Origin: Lobosporangium transversale
Lineage: Eukaryota
DNA: 64,000 bases
NCBI RefSeq assembly: GCF_002105155.1
Contig: NW_019028980.1
Location: 1,302,001-1,366,000 of the forward strand
Direction of reading: 5' to 3'
The notes beneath the pieces were generated by a model, which saw only the letters and a list, made by a program, of their open reading frames with translations, was not told the DNA's origin and searched no databases. This document shows, piece by piece, positions 52,997 to 64,000 of the stretch (its first letter is position 1; every line of letters begins with the position of its first letter). The position numbers were made by a program, and so were the translations under genes.

Positions 52997-53450
52997 TTTT
53001 TTTTATTTTTTTTTTATACATATATATACGAGTGCCATCATCTCTATCCATGTTAAGACACAACGCGTCAGGATGGCATGGTTTGTATACCACGTTCCAA
53101 ATTGAGGCAAATTAACAATAGATCGCTCTGATCTGCAGGAATCCATAATTACCCCACATTGCTCTGTCTCCTGGTCCAAAATAAACATTTTGAATTGTTT
53201 TGTGAGGGTGTGACGCTTAGTAACATTGGCAAAATCAAGATCAGTGATTGGTTGATGGTCATGCCATGCATGGTGAATGCGGATTAGATGGGGATGTCAA
53301 TGGGGAATGTCATTCTTGAAGAATCGTTTTGAGGCATTCTCGCTTCTCCATTCCTCATTCCTAAACTACGACCACTATCAAGTCTTCTTTTTTTTTTTTT
53401 TTTTTTATACGTTCAAACTGCACCCGTTGACATCAATAAAGCAACATCAA

Positions 53451-54590
53451 TATGTCGTCAAATACCAACAACACTTCTGTTTGTTCACGTACCACTAAGT
53501 CAGCGATACGTCAACAGTCTGAGTTAGAAGCTCGAGAGGCAAGGCCTACTCGAAGAAATAACCGTCTTCTTTTATCACTGTCTCCTAATATCAAAGCTCG
53601 ACCCACTGGACTCATCTTTCAGGGGAACGTATCAAGAGCCAGAATAAGAGTGCCTGACTCCTTATCTCCAGAGCCGGAATCATATTCACGTGCCATTAGT
53701 TCTTCTACTGAAGAGTCTTGTCAGACTAATGCACTAGGCTCTTCACGAGGGTCACAAAAGAGAAAGTGTCCTAGTGAGGATGACTTAGGGTCTATTGGGT
53801 TTTCCTCTTCTCCTCTTAATAAGAAGAGTAGATTTTTGAAAGGATAAGATCGAACGATTGAACTTAGGCAGGATGTTGTAGATTGTAATTGTGCAAGTTC
53901 ATCACCCAAGTCTAAGGCGTCACTACACATTGTTATAGAATATCAACCTATCTTTAAGAACAACAACCAGCATGTGCCTAAATTCATGTGGGACTTCAAG
54001 GTTGCAAGGGTTAAGCAAGAGCAATATAAGGACAGTCTAGGCGACTACATTGACATGGGCGTACATAGCAAGAGTAGGGGGATCCGGTGTCTGGGAAGCT
54101 GCAAACGCAATGGCACGATCAGGCGTTTCATCCGTGCCCCATGGCACCAATATGGATGCAGAGTTTTTCATCACCGATGTTCAGCCCAAAGTGGACAAAG
54201 CCTCAGGTACCAACAGGATCTCAAGGCGCTAGCGTAACCACATACGGTTGATTTCATCAGCACTTGGATATGCATCTAGAGTCATGATATTACCTTGCCA
54301 GTTGCCCATGCCTATCATTTTCATTGTTGTACATAGAATATTTACGCAGCACAAGCATACGAATCTGTACAGAATACACTATGATGGCCAGTGTGGGACC
54401 TACAAGCTGCGACGAGCTCAATCTGGGCAATGCGATATATGCAAGAGAAGGTATAACGAGAATGGCTAACTTCAAGTGAGTCGAAATGGAACAGCAACAC
54501 TACAGAGCTATAGCCGAGAGTTTAACTCGCAATATCCTCGTCAGGGAATCGGATATCAACGAAAAGATTCTCCTAAGACAACATCTTGCT
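53451..54590 (+). pseudogene. Degenerate ORF of unknown type (Ser/Arg-rich N-terminus)
   Basis: Chain of + strand ORF pieces (53452-53847, 53974-54237, 54050-54232, 54248-54469) with stops and shifts and no poly-A tracts. No family recognised. Confidence 0.3.
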
Positions 54591-54592
54591 AT

Positions 54593-55143
54593 GGCGACTG
54601 TTCGGACTCCATTTGATACTGTATAAACACCTGAACACTGCCACATGCTATTGACTACTCTACGTCCCTTAAACAATATTCTTAGCATACATCTGAACTT
54701 TTGCAAGGGATGTGTCAATACTTCGACAAACATGTAACATTTAATGGCTACATCACAGCCCTTGGATTGTGGAAGCGCTGAAAGTATGCGGAAAACGGGA
54801 ACCATTTGTGTTTTTACTAGCAACAAGCGTGGTTTCAAAAAAGTGTGCCTCCAAGGAACAAGTCCTATATCCTTCATTGCTCAAAAGAGACAATCTTGTC
54901 TTTTCTGCACCCCAAAAGCTCGCCATAATCCTATTGAAGCGTTCAGAGGCATTATTTGCCTCATAGTTTGAGGATTAGCAGACTTTCAGTCAAGCTTTAT
55001 TGTTTTGAACAAACACAGTAAATCCTGTCCATTCGAAGTTAGTCCCTTTGGATGGCAGCTATTCAGGAGATGCTAATCAATTCCGCTAAATTATGGTGAA
55101 ATCAGAGCAGATTTGGAAAACCAACAAGCATCGAACAGTCGCC
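54593..55143. mobile_element. 551-bp MITE, copy 2
   Basis: Same length and nearly the same sequence as 43785-44335. TIR GGCGACTGTTCG / CGAACAGTCGCC. Confidence 0.85.
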
Positions 55144-55367
55144 ACTGGAAAATGCAGAGTTTGTTCCCCGAGCAAAGCTTTTTGAAGTCACGTCAGTTAT
55201 CAGTAAATACACACAGTGTCCCGTTTTTCAACGCTCTTTCGATCCAAGGGCTGAGACATAGTCATTAAAGGAAACATGTTTGTCAAAGTATTGATATATC
55301 CCTTGGGGAAAGTGCAGGGTAGTCAATAAATGTTTATACGGTTACATATTGAGCCTGGACAATCGTC
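55144..55367 (-). mobile_element. Older, diverged, inverted partial copy of the same MITE family
   Basis: The reverse complement starts GACGATTGTCCAGG (cf. GGCGACTGTTCGGA) and contains CAAGGGAT..TCAATACTT.GACAAACATGT, CAGCCCTTGGAT and AAAACGGGA in the same order as the MITE 5' half. Confidence 0.75.
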
Positions 55368-56130
55368 TATATCATCACATCCTGCCTGTGTTTTTGCATA
55401 AATTGTCTATCTTTATTTCTTTCATTGCTGGATTTGAATGGGGAGTAGACAGGCCCTATGATAAGATAATATCAAATGCTTCGAGATGTTAACCATCAGA
55501 TCTATTCGAGATACGGTTAGAGCTTGTAGAGCTGCTTTTTGCTATGGTCAAATTTTTATAGACAGAAAAAGACAATTCCAGATACATTTCTGTTACCTGC
55601 CTGGCACATACGCGTTATAAGCTGAAATGTATCAAAGTAGGCTGAATGCATGAATATGAGCGGATGAGCTGCACATTAGCTTGATCAAACGACTTAGATC
55701 AATGCCAAATGCACTTGCCACTCTTCAAGGTATGTAATTGAAAGAAGGTTTATGAGCTATGAAGAGTGGCTAATGGCAGATAGTAAAGTCGCGGAGCCTT
55801 GAGGCTTTCTCTGGACACAACTGAAAGCTTAAATATAATGTAAGTGGTTTACACCATGAACATGTATACATTTTATGCTCAAAGAGTTGGGTTATTGGTG
55901 CTTCTCAAATTCGTGACCTTGGATCCCACCTCCAGTAGAGCTAAAATATATGGCTCTTACGTATATGTTAAATTCATAAAACTTTATTAATCGACGCCAA
56001 CGTCAAGCTAGAATAAAGCTAGAATAAAACTATGTTTTTCAATTATTGTTGCTAATCCATGCTACGTTTTACAGTGCCTTAATAGCCTACTATGGCTGGA
56101 CCACTAATACATCAAGAGCGATAACGCTTT

Positions 56131-56943
56131 TCAAGCCCCGCGGTCACTGTCGACCCTGTCATCCACATCCTTGCTCTTTTTCTTGATCTTCTCTGCTGTG
56201 TTCTGCCCATTGATACCCACGGTCTTCTTGACAGAATCCAATGACTCCTTCACAAAGTTTGACACCTTGTGTGCGCCAGCCTTTACTCCATCTACTACAG
56301 ACTCCCCTGCGTCTTCGATGCGATCCTCAGCCCGATCGACACGTCCTTTAACAGTTCCAGCGACATTTCCAAGAGCTGCCCCAGCCTCTTCCGCACGGTA
56401 GGCCAACTTCTCAATAATTACCTCACTCTTGCCATTCATATCCTTACCGAGTTTCTGACTAAGCTCTTCTTCAAGCTTCTCAAGCCTTCTATGCAGATCA
56501 TCGTCGGTGATATGATGGTTGCTGCTTGTGTCAACCCTCTTGAGTTTAAGCTTCACTTCCAATTTCTCAATCATCTCACCTAGTTCTCTAGAGGTCTTGT
56601 CCTTAACCTCCAACTTTACTCCAATTTTCTCTCCAAGCTTTTCCAACCTCTTGAAGAAGTCATCTGCGATTTGCTTAATCTCGCTGGCGCCATCTAGAGA
56701 TATGGGTTTACAAAGGATTACTTTTCCCATCTTTATTATTATTTCATTTGCAGCAGCCATATAATAAACTTTTGGGGTATATAATACCTTTGTCATTTTC
56801 GACAATAATTTCAATAGTCTCTTTCTGAAATTCCAACAAGTCCTTTGGAATGGGTTCACGATCAGCTTTGACTTCAGCCTCGCTTTCCGTGGCATTTTCT
56901 GGAGCCCATCCTGGGGCACTCTTGATAGGATCCTTACGGAAAA

Positions 56944-56979
<36 letters not shown>

Positions 56980-57344
56980 CAGTCATTTTCTATTTAAAAC
57001 ACATGCATGATGTCACACATTCGGACAAAAGAGGATTGTAAACATTGCGCTTGCGTTAGAATATTCAATAAAGAGCCTCCTGGAGCGATGGTACCTACTT
57101 TGTGGAGTGCTAAGTAAGCGATATGATCAAATAGAAGTGAGAGCGAGATAAAAGAAAAAGAAAAAGTTTATTAGATTTTTATTAAATGTCATGAAGCATT
57201 TTTTTCCTTCAAAGATCGTAAATTAAGTCCTTACCTTGAAAAGGCTCTATGCCACTGAGGCGTGGCTGCTGTAATAGGTGTAGCTCGATGATGGGGCTGA
57301 ACAAGGCGGAGAGAACGCGCTGCGGCGATACGTAAAAGGGACAT
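56131..57344 (-). CDS. Mitochondrially targeted LEA-like hydrophilic protein
   Basis: Exon 1 from ATG 57344 gives MSLLRIAAARSLRLVQPHHRATP...RAFS (presequence-like). An internal exon has APGWAPENATESEAEVKADRE; the last exon is charged and helical (AEEAGAALGNVAGTVKGRVDRAED). Internal exon limits are approximate. Confidence 0.65.
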
Positions 57345-58429
57345 CACTGTGAGTACAAAGGAATACGCGAGATAATAAAGATAACAATAGATGCAGATTT
57401 GATACGTGAACTGAGTGAATATATACGCGTGTTATGTGCTGTGTGTTGTGTGTTGTGTAAACGAGAAGACGTGAAGGGACTTTTGACTGTAAGAGAAAGA
57501 AAAAAGTGTGAGAAATAGTGTTTGCAGAGAAAGACAAAGAACACCTTTGGTGGCTCAGCACCAACAATTCGCTTTATCCGATCCAAATCACGAGATTGAC
57601 CAGAACGTTCGCCCAAAGGCAGTAAGAGTAAGAAATTATGAGCTGAAGCGCAAGCTATCACTGATCCTATCCTGTCTATTAGATAGTTCAGTAGTTCTAG
57701 GTGTCTACTTATTCAAAGAAAGACTACCCAAGTAGACTTGGCATGACGATTAAAAAGATTATTTCTCCGCAACTAAAGGTTGCCTAACGTACATGTACTT
57801 GATATGCCTGACTTTTGGCTCTCAAACCACGGTGATCTCACTCATTGATTCTTTGTACTGGTGGCTTTGGGAATTGGCCCGAGCACTCGTTTACAACCAT
57901 GTGAGTGAATATTTTATTTTATGTATGATAGCTGGAATGTCAAAAGCGGAGTGTGGATACACATTTACCCTGTAGCCTTATTGGCCGTTCAGCCCCTTCT
58001 CTCACTTGACCACTCATAACTATGAACAAGAGAAACAGCACTTTTTCAGCTACTTACATTTTACGCACTTGTCTCAATAGTGTTTTTTTAGTCTTAAAAA
58101 GTTCTGAAGTTCTAATGATTGAAGACTGAGTAAGTTGCTTCAGGTCAATTGCAATAGGACAGATTGCAACAACAGATCTACGATGATTCTGTGAGGGACA
58201 CCAACGTCATTTGACGAAAAGACAAATAAACCAAACTGAGTGAGTCTCTGCCAATCAATGCAATAAGAACATGTAAATGTACATGTACTACAGCTTTAGC
58301 TTTTTTGTGTGTGATCTGTTCCCTCAAGACCAGGTACACCTTCGTATAAAACGCACAGGCTACCCCAGCTCTTTATTTACTTTTCTTCATCCACCGATCC
58401 ATCTCATCGCCTTTCCTCCACTCCTCTTC

Positions 58430-58515
58430 TCTCTTCCTTCTTCCTTCTTCCCTCTTCCCTCTTCCCTCTTCCCTCTTCCCTCTTCCCTCTTCCCTCTTCC
58501 CTCTTCCCTCTTTCC
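58430..58515. repeat. (CTTCCCT)n pyrimidine-rich tandem repeat upstream of the transporter
   Basis: About 9 tandem 7-mers. Confidence 0.85.
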
Positions 58516-58665
58516 TCTTTCCTCTTTTCTCTCTCCTCTCCTCTCTCTTCTCTTCTCTCTTTCCCCTCCTCGATAGCTCGTTCCGGGCTTAATCTGAATA
58601 TCCTTCTTTCCTGTTTGATTCAACACCTGTTTGATTCACGGAGTCTCCACTTTCATTTAACAGCC

Positions 58666-60051
58666 ATGAAAAAGCATGAAGTCTCAGATTCCGAGGTGGC
58701 GAGCATCAGAAGCGACAAAGAATCAATTGAAATCGATCTCCTGGCTGAGAGGCCTGAACAGGGATCCAACATCCTCGCCTACGCTAATGTTGTCTGCGTT
58801 GTCGCAGGTAAACATCATCTGTCCAAAAATGCACAGCTACTTCAGCTTGTGCAATATCATATTTCTAAAACATAGTATTTGTTCATTCGTTTCATTTCAG
58901 GCACTGGGATTCTTGGTCTTCCTTATGCTCTAAAGATGGGTGGCTGGATTGGTGTTGGTGTTTTGTTGCTCACCACGATTATGTCCATTTACACCGCTAT
59001 GCTTCTCATGAAGTGCCTCTACTATAATGGCAAGTACCGTCTTCACTCGTATCAGGAGATCGGACGTCACGCCTTCGGTCGTCCTGGTCTCATTGCCGTC
59101 TGGTTCTTCCATACCTCAATCGTCCTTGGCGGTCCTATTATGTACCTCATCTTAGCCGGTACAGAGATGAAGGGACTCGTCACTAGCACTGATATCAGCG
59201 TTAAAGCTTGGATCTGGATTTGTGCTGGCATTATTGCTGTTCCCTTCGTAGCCTTGAAGACTTTGAAGGAGGTTGCTATCATGTCTATCTTTGGAGTCCT
59301 TGCTACTGTTGTTCTTGTCGCTATTGCTGTTCGTGGTTCGGTTATGGATCTCAGCAACCCTGAATATGCTGATGTTAGGCATGATACCGTTGTTCCTATA
59401 AATCTACCTACTACTATTGCCTCGATCTCGATCTGCTATGGAGGCAATGTCGTCTACATGCACGTTGAGGAGGCTATGCGCTATCCTAAGAGCTGGAACC
59501 GCGTTGTTGCTGCTGCTTTGTCCACTTGTGCAATCTTCTACCTTGCTACTGCCATCCCTGGCTACCTCACCTATGGTCACAAGGTCGAGTCACCCATCCT
59601 GGGCAACTTGCCTCGGGATACCACTACTAAGATCGGTATTGTGGTCATCATTATCCACGTTATTCTTGCTGCTCCTATTCTTCTGACCTCCTTTGCTCTT
59701 GAGTTTGAGCGTCTTGTCGACGTCACTGTCGCACGTCGTGGTAAGATCATGGAGCGCGTCTACCGCACTGTAATTCGGTTGACGATCATCGGTGTCTGTG
59801 GTGCTATCGCTTGCACTGTTCCTTACTTTGGCAACTTTTTGTCACTCTTGGGTGCTCTCGGCAACTGTACCTTGATCTTTGTTCTTCCCATTATCTGCTA
59901 CTTCAAGCTGATTGGGTGGAGACACTTCAAATGGTATGAGTTGGCTTGGTGCGCTTTCATTGTTCTCGTCGGTATCATCAGCGCCATCATCGGCTCCATC
60001 GATGCCATCAAGGCTATTCATATTTCTTTCGTAAACGATAGAGTCAATTAG
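58666..60051 (+). CDS. Amino acid/auxin permease family (Aa_trans, AVT1-like) transporter
   Basis: Exons 58666-58807 and 58901-60051. NVVCVVAGTGILGLPYALKMGGW, SYQEIGRHAFG, EEAMRYPKSW, ~11 hydrophobic helices. Confidence 0.93.
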
Positions 60052-61088
60052 AAAGTTCCAAAAAAAAAAAAAAAAAAAAAAGAGTACTTTTTGTTCCGAT
60101 TCCCTTTCATCTTCCTGTAAAATATCTCGAACAACTTTTTTGTACCATAGCTCTGATAAAGATCTAGTAGTCTATTATTTCTTTTTTGGCTTTTATTACA
60201 TATTCCAAAAACATGTAATGGTGTCCCATTGTCCATTATGGCAATTAGCGCAGCACTGCAGCTGTTAGACTAACGACTATTTTGTCAGATGCAGCGTTTC
60301 TGACGCTAAGCTGTGCTGTCTTTTAAAAATCCATCGCATTTCCCTGTCAGCATCACAACAACAGGTTTCCGCACATTTTAATACTATAAAATCGGTTGTC
60401 TCTATTAAAATAACACCCCTTCGGCGGGGAAAATTGCTATTCTCGCCGGAATTTCTCGTGAATACACGGTATATTGAAGCTTTTTTGACTGTAAAAGATT
60501 GCTTAAGGGCATTATGCGTATGTGGCGATCCACAATCCAAAAAGATTATACGCGCGAGGAATCTTTTTTTTTTTTTTTTTAGCACCGCCACAAAGGCAAA
60601 AGAACATGGGCTGAGCAATTTGTTTGTTGCTTATGCAATAAAATAAAAGTACTTGATTTTTTAATCTGCTCTCTCCAGCGCGATAAGTTTACTCCATCTC
60701 GTTTGGTCAGTGATTCTTACATTTTCTATTCAAAAAGTGGTTAAATTGTTTTGGTGGCTGATTTTGATATTTCACTACCCGCAACGAGCTTGTAACAAGG
60801 GGAAATAATTGGCTCTCAATACATTCAAGCTTATTCAAAAAATATAAGAATCGCCGACCAAATGGGTTGGACAAACTGCAACTTGCATAGTAGTTGTAGG
60901 TCCGGAATTCAGTACTTGTATGAAAGTATCTTTTTTAGGATATTTTCGTTTAGTGCATACTTTACCATGTAGCTATAAATGATGGCTTTCTTTCTGTATC
61001 CTTATCATTTCTCTTTTTTCTTAAAAAACTCCTCAATACCACTCCACTATATTTCAAACCAATAAGAGATCGGTCTATTCTGGATATA

Positions 61089-63956
61089 ATGCAAGAAAAA
61101 AACACTCTGGCCCCTGCCATCATCACACAGGATCACATCCATGCTATAGTGTCGCAGCCCTACGAACTGAATGAGTTTCCTATTCCGCACTTGTTCATCG
61201 TCTTGCCTCAAAGGACTCATTCTCAAAGCGCTACTGCTGATCAACCCCTACTAAGTCGTCAGTTTCGATTGTTCTTCTTGTGCGAATGCGGACGACATAC
61301 ATCTACCAATCCCATTATCGAAAAAGAAACTACGAACGGAATGATAACAACGATTCAACATGAGATCCACCTTGCAAAGCATAAAGGATATAGTATTATT
61401 AAGCCCAGTGAGTTTTTTGAACGATATGGAAGATACGCCTTGGCGATAATGGAGATGATCAAGCAGGGGTTCTCGGCCGATGGAATGACAATACGGCCAT
61501 TATCACAGAGTCAAAATCAGCTAACAAGAGAAATCAGTTCTTTGGAGAGTGGTCTTGATCTTGCCAAGAATAGCTTCAGTTCTCTTGTTGATGAGACTAT
61601 CAACTTTATTCACAATCAACAAATAACGACCAATCTCAATAGCAAATGGGGTTACAGTGACTGCAGTAATGGGATTGATGTTGACAATAGCGATGATGAT
61701 ACGGCCTTTCTTACAATCAAAAGTAGAAACAAAAGCAAAAGCAGTCTGGAAAAATTAACCAAAACACCACTGCTGGAGGGCGCTGATTTACGCCAACTTG
61801 AGTCGTATCTCTCTATCGAGGATGATGAATGCACGCCTGGCAACTTGTATCGGATGACCATCCAAGATGGTAAAAAGACTAGATGGGTCTGTATTGACCA
61901 TCTTCGTGCGAGCTTTAGACCTGCGGCGGAACATGAGCTTTTGAACATGATCGAGCGGTGTAATAAAAGATTGTATCAAGGAGAGCGGTCCCAGCTAATG
62001 GTAGTACTTATGAACAGGACTCAGGCTGAACAGCTGTACGATGTGCTGAAAAAGACGCAGATCGTGCAACAGTTAAATATTGTCCTGGCTTGGGACGTAT
62101 CATGGAGGGATATCCGGAAGTTGGCTTCAGCAGTTACCGAGAGCAATGTCGTCCATTTCTCGATGGCTGGTCACCTGTTCACAAGAACTGGATCTCTACT
62201 CGATATTCTCAACCGGTTCCGTCGGTTCAACCCGGTCGTGCAGCTTCTTTTCAAAAATCAAACGGTCCAGTCTTTACACTTGGATGGGTTTCAGGATTTT
62301 TTTGCCCATGTCTCAGCAAAGTCGCCACAACGATATTTTCGCCATTCAGCAGAATTGGCCCCTCAACTACGCTCCCTTACACTACGCTTTCTATTCAATG
62401 TCGCGGATAGGACCCATGTATCAATCATGACGCGAATACTGAGGGCCTGTCCTTCTCTTGCAAGGCTTACGCTTTGGTGCGATCAACTGTGCCCTACGCT
62501 TGACTTTATCATGAGCCAGATTGGCAACAACAACCAAGATAATCACAGTTTTGTTACATCAACAGCAGCATTAAATCAACTCAAGCTCGTTACAGAAAAC
62601 TTTACGATGGTCTTCAGGCTCTTTCAAGGTGCTATTCAAGAAGGTACTATGAGAGCAATTGCACCTTTTATTAAGATCGTCTCACAAGAACAAGCACTGT
62701 TACAACGGCGGACACTTGTCACCAAACTCATCCTTAACCACGAGCGAGATACCCCAGTCATGGACGAACAATCGTGGACCCGGTTTTTACTCTTGAGCCC
62801 CAAGTTGTCTGAGATTGAGATCTGCTGTCACGATAATCATCTTCCTATATATATTGATATGATTACTTCTGTCAGAGTGAAAATCATCTCCCAAAACGAA
62901 GGCACCTTCGCGCTACACCGACTCCAATTCAACTTACACATGACAACGTTAGTCTCACTATCCTTTCCATTAAGCCTATATTGTCCTAAGTCCGTTGACA
63001 CCCCATTGCCTAGAATCTCAGTAAACAGTCTGGATACCAGCGAGTTCTCTGGTCCGAGTCCCCCTTCCAGTGCCTTATCCCAAGTTTTGCGAGAATATGG
63101 CTCAGTTATTAGAGACTTGCTAGTAGATGACAAGTTCACATATGATCATGCCATGCTCCTAGATGAAGTGACCAAGGATCGGGGTTCAAAACTTCGCACA
63201 TTGACATGCATACGATCAGTAGGAAAAGACAACAGCAGTGACAGTTATGAATGGATAGAACGGGTTCTGGAACGTTCAACTGAACTAGAAAGATTCACTC
63301 TTGAGTTTTATAAGCTTCATGAGGCTAATCAAAAAGGACTGATGGAGAGATTATTACTTCGGGTAGGCAAACGAGTGCACAAATTGGTTCTAGGCTCCAC
63401 TTTCCCTGAGGAATGGCTTCCTAAGGTCGCTCGAGCCGCTCCAACACGGTATGAATTGCCTTTACTGGACTCACTATCAATTTGTGCTCATGGGCTGCAA
63501 GAGCCGCCACAGAATATTGTCGAATGGATCGCCAATATAGTCTCAAAGCCATCTACGGTCATCCCGGGCACAAATTCAGGACAACAACAGCAGCGGTTTT
63601 CGAGATCCGTCGAGCCTACAATTCCCTATACAACAACAGCGAGAACCTGGACGGCATTAGAACGGATCTGGATAGGAGGTATCCACTTCCGACCTCAGCA
63701 ATGGGAGGTTATTCTTAAAGCTATAGACTTTTCATCACTACAAGACTTGGGTTTCTATGAGACCAATTTTGATTTGGTCCAACTCCAGTTACTGATTAAT
63801 CTTATTCCGGAGCCAGGGACTTCACCCTCTCCACTGCACTGGCTGCGGCTCGGTGGGACGATATTCGATGGCAACTGGGAGGGTGGTGGCGTTCAAATTC
63901 CTTCCGAAATGATGACAACGCTTCAAAGAAAAGCATCTCTCATCAGGCTCTCTTAA
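61089..63956 (+). CDS. Intronless 955-aa protein of an expanded Mortierella-type family (PxLFIVLP/FFLCECG domain followed by RNI-like degenerate LRRs)
   Basis: Single long ORF. Motifs FPIPHLFIVLP, FRLFFLCECGRH, HEIHLAKHKGY, EGADLRQLESYL, GNLYRM..RWVCIDH, then LxxLxL repeats. Confidence 0.75.
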   Translation: MQEKNTLAPAIITQDHIHAIVSQPYELNEFPIPHLFIVLPQRTHSQSATADQPLLSRQFRLFFLCECGRHTSTNPIIEKETTNGMITTIQHEIHLAKHKGYSIIKPSEFFERYGRYALAIMEMIKQGFSADGMTIRPLSQSQNQLTREISSLESGLDLAKNSFSSLVDETINFIHNQQITTNLNSKWGYSDCSNGIDVDNSDDDTAFLTIKSRNKSKSSLEKLTKTPLLEGADLRQLESYLSIEDDECTPGNLYRMTIQDGKKTRWVCIDHLRASFRPAAEHELLNMIERCNKRLYQGERSQLMVVLMNRTQAEQLYDVLKKTQIVQQLNIVLAWDVSWRDIRKLASAVTESNVVHFSMAGHLFTRTGSLLDILNRFRRFNPVVQLLFKNQTVQSLHLDGFQDFFAHVSAKSPQRYFRHSAELAPQLRSLTLRFLFNVADRTHVSIMTRILRACPSLARLTLWCDQLCPTLDFIMSQIGNNNQDNHSFVTSTAALNQLKLVTENFTMVFRLFQGAIQEGTMRAIAPFIKIVSQEQALLQRRTLVTKLILNHERDTPVMDEQSWTRFLLLSPKLSEIEICCHDNHLPIYIDMITSVRVKIISQNEGTFALHRLQFNLHMTTLVSLSFPLSLYCPKSVDTPLPRISVNSLDTSEFSGPSPPSSALSQVLREYGSVIRDLLVDDKFTYDHAMLLDEVTKDRGSKLRTLTCIRSVGKDNSSDSYEWIERVLERSTELERFTLEFYKLHEANQKGLMERLLLRVGKRVHKLVLGSTFPEEWLPKVARAAPTRYELPLLDSLSICAHGLQEPPQNIVEWIANIVSKPSTVIPGTNSGQQQQRFSRSVEPTIPYTTTARTWTALERIWIGGIHFRPQQWEVILKAIDFSSLQDLGFYETNFDLVQLQLLINLIPEPGTSPSPLHWLRLGGTIFDGNWEGGGVQIPSEMMTTLQRKASLIRLS

Positions 63957-64000
63957 TATAGTTACTCTTATATATATACTATTGCTATTTCTACCTTCTC

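Overview
Eukaryotic fungal DNA with GT-AG introns and long poly-A/T tracts. Gene content points to Mortierellomycota (inference). The ordinary core holds an Eis-like GNAT acetyltransferase, a poly-Q C2H2 zinc-finger factor, ERV25/p24, a TPR protein, FYV4/mS41, a CENP-B-like HTH protein, a mitochondrial LEA-like protein, an amino-acid transporter and an LRR-like family protein. Two accessory regions (1-11.6 kb and 43.7-55.4 kb) each contain a minus-strand Crinkler (CRN) effector locus and transposons: a hAT element with 756-bp inverted repeats, a hAT-like MITE, a broken chromodomain Ty3/Gypsy element and Tourist-like MITEs. Main observation: the two CRN loci share the promoter and N-terminal head exon but carry very different NTPase-REase C-terminal modules. 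Each module is bracketed by copies of a ~70-bp imperfect hairpin site (GCACG-N-ACCA-T-GGGGC...GYYCC-YGGY-TARAY), one in intron 1 and one after the stop codon; the intron copy in locus A is only a shortened, degenerate candidate. In locus A a headless decayed module follows the downstream site. This suggests an integron-like or polymorphic-toxin-like cassette exchange system for fungal CRN effectors, with junctions removed by splicing. No recombinase is recognisable in the window, so the mechanism is a hypothesis. All exon and repeat coordinates were read by hand.
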